Source: an uncultured archaeon
GTDB taxonomy: Archaea > Asgardarchaeota > Lokiarchaeia > Sigyniarchaeales > Promethearchaeaceae
NCBI GenBank assembly: GCA_964426185.1
Contig: CAYRPF010000084.1
Span: 1-12,791 of the forward strand
Direction of reading: 5' to 3'
Length of the DNA stretch: 12,791 nucleotides
Positions within the stretch are counted from its first letter, which is position 1, and each line of letters begins with the position of its first letter. Position numbers and translations under genes: made by a program. Below the pieces are notes generated by a model. It worked only from the letters and a program-made list of their open reading frames with translations, made no database searches and was not told the DNA's origin. This document shows positions 1 through 6,887 of the stretch, one piece after another.

Positions 1-125
1 TCTTCGATTTCAAGCATGTGAGGGACGGTCTGGGGTGTTAGTTATTCCTTTCTGATAAAATAATATCAGATACTCAGATGACTGGGAAATGGAAAAAATA
101 ACGTCCTGACAAAGTGGTGATTATC

Positions 126-548
126 ATGAGTGAAGAAGCAACATATAAAATCAATATTTCTGCTGCAGGAAAAGATGCACCGGAAGAATTTAGAGGACAA
201 ACCAAAGTTCTCGTTTTAGAACCAGCTAAATTCGCCCCATTAGTGGGCAAAAAAATCGGCGAGACCTTTAATGGTGGGATTATTGGATTACCTGGTTATC
301 AACTAATGATTACCGGCGGAAGTGATGCAGGTGGTATTCCCATGCGTCGTGATGTTCACGGTCCTATCAAACGCCGAGTTCTTCTGAGTAAAGGTCCTTG
401 TTATCATCCTAAACATCGGGGAGAAAAGAAACGCAAAATAGTACGAGGTAATGAAATTACTGACGATATGGCGCAGATCAATACTATTGTAGTCAAATAT
501 GGTAAAGAAAAACTCTTTACTGCGAAAAAAGAGGAGGAATCTGAATAA
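126..548 (+). CDS. rps6e: 30S ribosomal protein S6e (eS6)
   Basis: Motifs GKKIGE, IGLPGYQLMITGGSDAGGIPMRRDVHG and GEKKRKIVRGNEI are typical of archaeal eS6. Start moved from GTG114 to ATG126 because GGTGA (116-120) is an SD just upstream of it. Confidence 0.96.
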   Translation: MSEEATYKINISAAGKDAPEEFRGQTKVLVLEPAKFAPLVGKKIGETFNGGIIGLPGYQLMITGGSDAGGIPMRRDVHGPIKRRVLLSKGPCYHPKHRGEKKRKIVRGNEITDDMAQINTIVVKYGKEKLFTAKKEEESE

Positions 549-596
549 TTTCGCCCCATGTTTGCGAAATTTTAAATCAAATTGGAGTGACATATC

Positions 597-779
597 ATGG
601 TAAAAATCTTAAAATGCTCATATTGTGGTAAAGAAATCCCCCCTGGTACAGGGATGACCTACGTGAAAAATGATGGTACAATTTATCAATTCTGCACAAA
701 GAAATGTAAAACAATGCGATTGAAATACCATAAACCGGCAAGAAAAGTGCGCTGGACTAACTTCTTTGGAGAAAAATAA
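597..779 (+). CDS. rpl24e: 50S ribosomal protein L24e (eL24), Zn-binding
   Basis: CSYCGKEIPPGTGMTYVKNDG..YQFCTKKC...PARKVRWT is the eL24 signature; SD GGAGTGA precedes ATG. Confidence 0.96.
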   Translation: MVKILKCSYCGKEIPPGTGMTYVKNDGTIYQFCTKKCKTMRLKYHKPARKVRWTNFFGEK

Positions 780-780
780 A

Positions 781-799
781 CTCTCTTCCTTCTTTTTTT
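781..799 (+). terminator. Pyrimidine/oligo-T tract, putative archaeal terminator of eS6-eL24
   Basis: CTCTCTTCCTTCTTTTTTT directly after the eL24 stop; oligo-T tracts are the usual archaeal intrinsic termination signal. Confidence 0.45.
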
Positions 800-882
800 A
801 AAATAATTAATAATTTTTCCAAGTATTTATTAGAATTTTTGTTAAAGGATGTAAATATATTTCTTAAGAATTTCCCAATATT

Positions 883-1572
883 GTGAACCAAATGAAGGAT
901 CCAGATCTAGAACAAGCATTGCTTGATGTAGATTTCCTATCAGTTCAGAGTATTTTACATTCTTGGGTTAAAGATAACCCAGATATTGATGAAATTTTAG
1001 AAAAAATCCAAGTAATTATGGAATCAATTGGAAAAAAATGGGAAAATAGTTCAATTGCACTTTCTCAAGTTTATATGGCGGGTAAACTGGTTGAACAAAA
1101 TCTGAATGAACTTTTTGAAGATTTCTCCCATTCTATTCAAAAAAATCAGCCTGAATCTCTTCAAAAAGACGTATATACAGGAGTATTCGAAGATTATCAT
1201 GCACTAGGCCAGATAATTTTGAATTCTTTTTTAAGATTAGCGGGCTATAATGTAATAAACTTGGGAATTGGGTTAACTAAAGGAGAATTATGTGAACAAG
1301 TCAAAAATCAACAAATTTCAATATTACTATTATCGACTTTAATGCTTTCTTCTGCCAAACATTTGGAAGAGACAATTAGAGATCTACGAAAGATTAAGCC
1401 TAACATAGTTATCTTCGTGGGAGGTGCCCCATTCAACTTTCAACAAGATCTGTGGGAACGGATAGGAGCAGATTATTATGGAGCTTCTCCAAATGCGATT
1501 TTACCGATATTAAATAATATTTTTAAGCAGTTCAATCCATCTAATGGACATTCCATGGAGGTATTCCAATGA
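883..1572 (+). CDS. Cobalamin (corrinoid)-binding protein, cap domain plus B12-binding Rossmann domain
   Basis: Cap-like IMESIGKKWE...LSQVYMAG, DxHxxG motif (EDYHALG; D-G at 1192-1209), SxL (LLSTLM) and GG (FVGGAPF) motifs of His-on corrinoid proteins. Start is GTG883 or ATG892. Confidence 0.9.
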   Translation: MNQMKDPDLEQALLDVDFLSVQSILHSWVKDNPDIDEILEKIQVIMESIGKKWENSSIALSQVYMAGKLVEQNLNELFEDFSHSIQKNQPESLQKDVYTGVFEDYHALGQIILNSFLRLAGYNVINLGIGLTKGELCEQVKNQQISILLLSTLMLSSAKHLEETIRDLRKIKPNIVIFVGGAPFNFQQDLWERIGADYYGASPNAILPILNNIFKQFNPSNGHSMEVFQ

Positions 1573-2579
1573 ATTCAATGGAACGTATTTTTGCTGCAGT
1601 CCAATGGCAGGAAGTTGATCGACTCCCGTTTATTTTGAATTTAACTCATCATGGAGCAAAAGTCTTAAATCTTTCCATTCGAGAATATTATTCCAAAGCA
1701 GAATACATGGTTGAAGGACAAATTAAATTATGGAAAAAATATCAAGATGATGTAGTGATAGGTATTTCCTATTTTGCTTCTGAGTTTAAAGCATGGGGGG
1801 GTGATGTCAAATTTTTCCTTGACGGCCCACCAAACTCAATGAGACCAAATCTTACAACACCCGAGGCAATTTTTGCAGCAAAACCACCTCAAATAGATGA
1901 TATTCCCGAATTTACTGAAACATTAAAAACTATTCGCCACTTAAAGGAATATTTCGGAGATAAAGTTCCAATAATTGGGGGGATCATATCTCCTTTTTCT
2001 TTTCCTATAATGCAGATGGGATTTAACAAATATATTGAACTCTTATATCAAGATCGAAATACATTTAACGAACTAATGAAAAAGAATATGGAACATGCTG
2101 TGAATTGGGCAAATCGGCAGTTAGAAGCTGGTGCAACAATGATAGTATATTTTGATCCGATGGGAAGTGCTGAAATGATTCCCCCTTCATTATATTTGGA
2201 AACCGGGTATCAAATCGCCAAGAGAACTGTGGCCCAAATAAAGGGTCCGGTTGTATATCACTTCGCTTCAAGTAGTTCACAGAAGAACTTACCAAAACTA
2301 ATTGAATTGCCAATTAAAGGTACAAGTATCTCAAACAAAGACAATATTACAGAGTGCTTGAAGATAATGGATAAAAAAGCGGCATTACTCGGAAATCTCA
2401 GCGGAATACAATTAATTCATGCAACACCAAATCAAGTAATCGATAAATTAAATAAAATTGTTAACAATGTTACTCCAAAAACAGGTTTTATTGTATCTGA
2501 TCATCACGGAGAGATTCCATATTTTGTGTCAGATGAAATTCTGACCATCATCTCTCAGTTTTTTCATAAAAAATTCTGA
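1569..2579 (+). CDS. Uroporphyrinogen decarboxylase / MtaA-CmuA family (methylcobamide methyltransferase-like) protein
   Basis: N-terminal MNSMERIFAA..EVDRLP, then VPIIGGIISPFS, QLEAGA..IVYFDP and LLGNL, matching the UroD/MtaA TIM barrel; ATGA overlap with the corrinoid gene implies coupling. Confidence 0.85.
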   Translation: MNSMERIFAAVQWQEVDRLPFILNLTHHGAKVLNLSIREYYSKAEYMVEGQIKLWKKYQDDVVIGISYFASEFKAWGGDVKFFLDGPPNSMRPNLTTPEAIFAAKPPQIDDIPEFTETLKTIRHLKEYFGDKVPIIGGIISPFSFPIMQMGFNKYIELLYQDRNTFNELMKKNMEHAVNWANRQLEAGATMIVYFDPMGSAEMIPPSLYLETGYQIAKRTVAQIKGPVVYHFASSSSQKNLPKLIELPIKGTSISNKDNITECLKIMDKKAALLGNLSGIQLIHATPNQVIDKLNKIVNNVTPKTGFIVSDHHGEIPYFVSDEILTIISQFFHKKF

Positions 2580-2609
2580 ACATACAGACTCAATTTTTTT
2601 TTAAAATAG

Positions 2610-2615
2610 AGGAGG
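2610..2615 (+). promoter_or_regulatory. Shine-Dalgarno AGGAGG upstream of in-frame ATA 2623
   Basis: AGGAGG lies 7 nt before ATA2623, which is in frame with the PAS gene, and 43 nt before ATG2659. Confidence 0.6.
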
Positions 2616-2622
2616 AATAAAC

Positions 2623-3552
2623 ATAAAAAGTATAGCAGATTTCACGTTTGCTTTAGAAATGATCAAAGAAATAGCCCAACTTCAAAATCGAAATGAAATT
2701 ATTCAAAAAGGAAAGGAAATAATTCACCTTCTCTTTGCACCGATTAGGGTTGAATTTAATGAAGAAATACCTGATTATATGGTTGAATTTAATGAAGAAG
2801 CGCTGATGAAATATAATTTTTCGTGGTCGACAGATGAAGAAGATCTTCTATTGAAAATAGCAAAGGGAGAAAAAAATTTCGGTTATATGCTGATTGAAAA
2901 ATTTACTTTTCCTGAATTTAAAAAACGATATATAACTCCAGCTCTATTAATAATGGATGTTTTGGCTTTATGCTTAGAAAATGCTGCAAATTTAGAAAAA
3001 ATCAAGCAGGAACAAGAAAAATTCCGTTTACTATTGGAATACACCGTAAATTGGGAATCTTTTTACCATCCTCAAAAAGGTTTTCTTTACATTTCACCTT
3101 CTTTTGAAAAAATAACGGGTTATTCATGTTTAGAAGCTTATAAAGACCCAAATATATTAGAAAAATTGATTTTTCCAGAAGATTTCCCACTTTTCGAGCA
3201 GTATTTTTCTTCTAAAAAGAAATCAGTGGAGCTTCGAATTCGGGGCAAAAAGGGAAATATTGTATGGATAAATTTTACTGCAACCAAAATTTTCTCTGAT
3301 ACGAAAGAATTTCTTGGGATTAGAGCAAGTTGTGCGGATATCACTGATAAGAAAAAGAAAGAATTTGAGTTGGATAAACTAAAAGGTATGATACCCATCT
3401 GTGCTAGTTGTAAACGAATTCGTACAGATGATGGCTATTGGAATCAAATTGAATCTTACATCGCTTCCATTTCCGACATCGAATTTACACATTCTTTATG
3501 CCCAGATTGTTTAAAAAAATATTTCCCTGAAAAAGAAAAGAAAAAGAAATAA
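2623..3552 (+). CDS. PAS/PAC sensor protein with N-terminal GAF-like segment and C-terminal Cys4 (CxxC...CxxC) Zn-ribbon; no histidine kinase domain
   Basis: PAS/PAC at about 3016-3345 (EKFRLLLE..YISPSFEKITGYS..LIFPED..ELRIRGKKGNIVWI..ADIT). C-terminal GMIPICASCKRIR..GYWNQIESYI..FTHSLCPDC at 3385-3510. Start is either ATG2659 (track) or ATA2623 (SD-supported). Confidence 0.82.
   Translation: MKSIADFTFALEMIKEIAQLQNRNEIIQKGKEIIHLLFAPIRVEFNEEIPDYMVEFNEEALMKYNFSWSTDEEDLLLKIAKGEKNFGYMLIEKFTFPEFKKRYITPALLIMDVLALCLENAANLEKIKQEQEKFRLLLEYTVNWESFYHPQKGFLYISPSFEKITGYSCLEAYKDPNILEKLIFPEDFPLFEQYFSSKKKSVELRIRGKKGNIVWINFTATKIFSDTKEFLGIRASCADITDKKKKEFELDKLKGMIPICASCKRIRTDDGYWNQIESYIASISDIEFTHSLCPDCLKKYFPEKEKKKK
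2748..2799 (+). repeat. Perfect 19-nt direct repeat (GGTTGAATTTAATGAAGAA x2, 33-nt period) inside the PAS gene
   Basis: Copies at 2748-2766 and 2781-2799, encoding VEFNEE-IPDYM-VEFNEE. Confidence 0.9.
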
Positions 3553-3563
3553 TTCTCTTAGAT

Positions 3564-4673
3564 TTAGCAAATTTGCCAATCCAAGAATGAACTCTTTAAT
3601 TTATTAATTGCTTCATTGTTTTTCTTTTTCTTTTTTTCATTATTTTTAATATTTGACCAACATTCAGAACACCAGTGAGTTTTTAAGGCAATTAGTTTAA
3701 TTTCTTTATGACCACAAGAATTACATAAAACTTTTCCACATGATTGACAGTAATTAAGATTTCTAAAATACTTAACAGATTTAGTGATTTTATGGCATTC
3801 TTGACAAAGAATAGTGGTTTTGTCTAATAAACTATCGATTTTATTTTGATTTAACACTTTAGACACTTTACCTTCATGTAACTGTAATTTAATATCGATA
3901 TCTTCTCCAATTTTACCTTTCATTTCAACTGATGACCCCCAATAAATAGATGAGAACTGAACATTAATCTCTGAAATATCCGCGGTGCAAACCATTCTAC
4001 GTTTTTGATTATTTTGATCCTTGAATTCTTTTTCGATAGTAGTGGTTTGTTGTATGATCTCTTTCACAGTTGATATTTCATTTTTTTTTGGGGCAGTATC
4101 AATTGAATATTTAAAACCCTCTTTTTCAATAATATCAGTTAATTGATCTAAATCCATCCATACAGTTTTTGGGCGATTTTCTACAATCAACCAGTTTTGG
4201 GTAGGATGATTTACTAATAAATGATTATCATATTTCATATCCCATACCCACGTCCTCGTTCTATTTGCAAATTGGTGCCAGAGATTAAATTGATAAAATT
4301 GAAAAGGTGTAAATTTTATTTTAGAGTAACTAATATCCGATAGAAACTTTGAAGGAGGGTTTGGATAACTAAATATTGCTCTATCAATAAATTCATGAAA
4401 CTCTAATTCTAAAGAGGTCTTATTTATCGGTCTGGTTAGCTTATCAAAGGGTGAAACACCTTTTGCATCCACTTCAGCTGTTCTCCCTGCTGAATCAAAA
4501 AAGGGATAATTTGGAATTTGCAATTGAATTTTTTTCTTATTGAAATGGAATAACTTATAAAAAATATATCCCAGAATTACTGCCAAAGTAAAAAAACTTG
4601 CATATAATACAAATGCAGTAGTTTCTGATTGGATGATGAACATTGGGAAGTATACAATCAGATATGATGCCAT
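3564..4673 (-). CDS. Hypothetical membrane-anchored protein with C-terminal Cys8 FYVE-like zinc finger
   Basis: Hydrophobic N-terminus (AFVLYASFFTLAVILGYIFY then K-rich); C-terminal CxxC-x15-CxxC-x4-CxxC-x14-CxxC. Confidence 0.75.
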   Translation of the reverse strand: MASYLIVYFPMFIIQSETTAFVLYASFFTLAVILGYIFYKLFHFNKKKIQLQIPNYPFFDSAGRTAEVDAKGVSPFDKLTRPINKTSLELEFHEFIDRAIFSYPNPPSKFLSDISYSKIKFTPFQFYQFNLWHQFANRTRTWVWDMKYDNHLLVNHPTQNWLIVENRPKTVWMDLDQLTDIIEKEGFKYSIDTAPKKNEISTVKEIIQQTTTIEKEFKDQNNQKRRMVCTADISEINVQFSSIYWGSSVEMKGKIGEDIDIKLQLHEGKVSKVLNQNKIDSLLDKTTILCQECHKITKSVKYFRNLNYCQSCGKVLCNSCGHKEIKLIALKTHWCSECWSNIKNNEKKKKKNNEAINKLKSSFLDWQIC

Positions 4674-4823
4674 ATTAATATCTCTATAAACTTAGTTAAA
4701 AAGATGTCGAATTAAATAATCGCTCACTTCTTTCACTATTTTTTTCCGCGATTTTTTCGAGTTGAAGCGCTTTTTCACGCAATATTTCCTCATAATCCTT
4801 TTCCATCGCATCCAGCAGAGAAC

Positions 4824-4843
4824 CGAAAAATTTTATTTTTATG
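4824..4843 (+). promoter_or_regulatory. Putative BRE/TATA promoter of the L7Ae-eS28 operon
   Basis: CGAAAAA followed by TTTTATTTTTAT about 105 nt upstream of the L7Ae ATG; pattern match only, in AT-rich DNA. Confidence 0.35.
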
Positions 4844-4907
4844 CCACTTTTGGATGATCATTGGTTAATGTTCTTAATGTTCTTAACCGATGAAATAATG
4901 ATAAGTA

Positions 4908-4937
4908 AACCCATGAGGGTTAACTTTGAATGAGGTT
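4908..4937 (+). promoter_or_regulatory. Putative kink-turn/K-loop in the L7Ae 5' UTR overlapping the SD
   Basis: C-stem AACC(4908-11)/GGTT(4934-37), 3-nt bulge CAT, tandem GA(4915-16)/GA(4932-33); GAGGT is the SD, 9 nt before ATG4946. Confidence 0.6.
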
Positions 4938-4945
4938 GACACAAT

Positions 4946-5314
4946 ATGTCTTACGTAGATATAGAAATTCCGGATGCTCTTAAAACCAAGATTTTAGACT
5001 TAGTCACTGCAACAGTGAACAAGCAAGGCAAGATCAAAAAAGGTATGAATGAAACCACCAAAGCCATTGAACGTGGAGTGGCTAAATTGGTTGTTATCGC
5101 AGGGGATATTACTCCTGCAGAAATTGTAATGCATTTACCCGCAATTTCCAAAGAAAAGAAAGTGCCATATGTTTTTGTAGATAGTCGCGCAGAATTAGGT
5201 AAAGCAGCTCAAATCAGTATTCCTTGCTCGGCTTTGGCTATAACTCAAGTCCCTAAAGATGTAGAGAGCGATTTAAAAGATATTGTAAAGAAAGCGGCCG
5301 CATTACGCAAGTAA
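4946..5314 (+). CDS. rpl7ae: 50S ribosomal protein L7Ae (eL8), K-turn binding protein
   Basis: [38 protein letters not shown]...[15 protein letters not shown] is the L7Ae signature. Confidence 0.97.
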   Translation: MSYVDIEIPDALKTKILDLVTATVNKQGKIKKGMNETTKAIERGVAKLVVIAGDITPAEIVMHLPAISKEKKVPYVFVDSRAELGKAAQISIPCSALAITQVPKDVESDLKDIVKKAAALRK

Positions 5315-5327
5315 GGAGGGGATTATT

Positions 5328-5567
5328 ATAGCAAAAAAAAATACCAGTGATAGTTCAACAAGATCTCCTGGAGAATGTAATGCGCAAGTAATACAAATAA
5401 TCGGTCGAACGGGTCTGACAGGTGAGATTCTGCAGTGTAAGGTTCGAGTTTTAGACGGTCGAGATAAAAATAGGATTATCACGCGAAATATTAAGGGCCC
5501 AGTGCGATTAAACGATGTGGTAATTCTGCGAGAGTCTGAGAGGGAAGCAAAACGCATCCGCAAATAA
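5328..5567 (+). CDS. rps28e: 30S ribosomal protein S28e (eS28), non-canonical ATA start; absent from the ORF track
   Basis: Manual translation: (M)[78 protein letters not shown]. Has the eS28 motifs [13 protein letters not shown] and LRESEREA, follows L7Ae as usual, and has GGAGG at 5315-5319. Confidence 0.95.
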   Translation: MAKKNTSDSSTRSPGECNAQVIQIIGRTGLTGEILQCKVRVLDGRDKNRIITRNIKGPVRLNDVVILRESEREAKRIRK

Positions 5568-5795
5568 ACTTTCGCAAAAAACCCAATACCCTACCACAAT
5601 TCATTATTCTATTTTTTTCCTTTTTACAACCTAAATTCTAAATCTGTTAATTTGTAGTAGTATTGAAAGGGATGCAATCATACCTACAATTCAACAAAAT
5701 GCAATTTTGATATATGCATTTTCTCTCCAGATATTTAGCAGGTGCTTTTCAAAAAATGCTCTATATTTTTATAGAATCGCGGTTTTCTGCTTATT

Positions 5796-6728
5796 ATGTT
5801 GCTGGTAGATTCTATTGTAACTCGTACAATAAATTTAGATTTTATTTATTTTGATCTTTTATTCTTAGCATTTTGGATTTTTTTCATGATGCGAAAAAAA
5901 TATTGGATTCCCATTTTGTGGGGAGTCATCGGTTGGGCTGTATATTTATTCGTGGATTATTTTCTCTGGTATAGAGTGATGCACTCTCGGCAATATGATG
6001 GTTCAATCAATTCCGATTTATTTTTCCTGTGGTTCTGCCTTTCTGCTGGGTTTGCGCAATTTTCCTACGTGGCTGTGATGTTAGAAAAGCGAAATTGGCG
6101 TGAAATCTTAATCTGGACTCTATTTTTTTACTTGGGATGGACAATGGTTGGAATTTTGTCCCAATGGCTATCGATCAATGATTCCTTAATTCGAGTTAGT
6201 CGTAATATGAACGCGTTGAAACAGCGTCTATCTTTCACATTAATGGCTGTGGGAAATTTCCTCATTGCTTTAGTATTGAAGGCACTAAAGAAGATAACTT
6301 GGCATGATGTTTTCTATCTATTTCTAGTGGGCACATTGGTAGAAATGAATTTAGAATTCTCTTTAGCGGTTTCGGGTATCAGATTAGAGCAAGGTGAGTG
6401 GAGCTTTCAGCTTTTTATCGTTAATACCCTTATCGAATTTAATATGGGAATTGTGTTGATGTTCTTACTCTGGAGCTTCACGGTCAAAGGTCCAAAGAGG
6501 ATGTTCGATCCTATGATTCAGTGGAAGGATAGGAAGAAAATTACTACCAACTTTAATCTTTTATATTATTTATCTACGATTTCAGAATCTGAAAGCGTTA
6601 AGGAAAGAAATGTGAGAAATATGCTGAAAAGATGGCTTTATCAACTTGATTCAAACCAAAAATTATATCCATCAGAGCAAATTCAAAAGGAAATAGAATA
6701 TGTCAACGTAAATAAAGAAAGTAAATAA
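5796..6728 (+). CDS. Hypothetical polytopic membrane protein
   Basis: 310-aa ORF with about 7 hydrophobic segments and a soluble C-terminal tail; no family recognised with confidence. Confidence 0.75.
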   Translation: MLLVDSIVTRTINLDFIYFDLLFLAFWIFFMMRKKYWIPILWGVIGWAVYLFVDYFLWYRVMHSRQYDGSINSDLFFLWFCLSAGFAQFSYVAVMLEKRNWREILIWTLFFYLGWTMVGILSQWLSINDSLIRVSRNMNALKQRLSFTLMAVGNFLIALVLKALKKITWHDVFYLFLVGTLVEMNLEFSLAVSGIRLEQGEWSFQLFIVNTLIEFNMGIVLMFLLWSFTVKGPKRMFDPMIQWKDRKKITTNFNLLYYLSTISESESVKERNVRNMLKRWLYQLDSNQKLYPSEQIQKEIEYVNVNKESK

Positions 6729-6887
6729 AACAAACAAACAAAAATAAAAATATTTTCCGATTTCGTGGAGAGACAAATGTAAGATTAAGAAGACCTGGTA
6801 GAATACTTGATTATATTCGTTAAAAATACAATATGAGAAGGAAAATAAAAAAATGTCACGAAAAATAATTATATAAGATAATTAAGG

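Noticed and set aside
2-55. Open frame LRFQACEGRSGVLVIPF* at the window start
   Set aside because: May be the 3' end of an upstream gene, but 17 codons cannot be assigned.
75-112. GATGA...CTGA resembling a box C/D sRNA or K-turn upstream of eS6
   Set aside because: Box C is imperfect, no closing C-stem forms and no C'/D' boxes are evident.
303-593. Minus-strand 96-aa ORF
   Set aside because: Antisense shadow of eS6.
2065-3398. Minus-strand ORFs 2065-2313, 3002-3190 and 3138-3398
   Set aside because: Antisense to well-supported genes, with no motifs.
4854-4895. SECIS-like reading (AUGA...AA...UGA) of the L7Ae leader hairpin
   Set aside because: The GA quartet is out of register with the stem, and no gene in the window has a plausible in-frame Sec UGA.
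4951-5563. Minus-strand ORFs 4951-5151 and 5303-5563
   Set aside because: Shadows of L7Ae and of the true plus-strand eS28.
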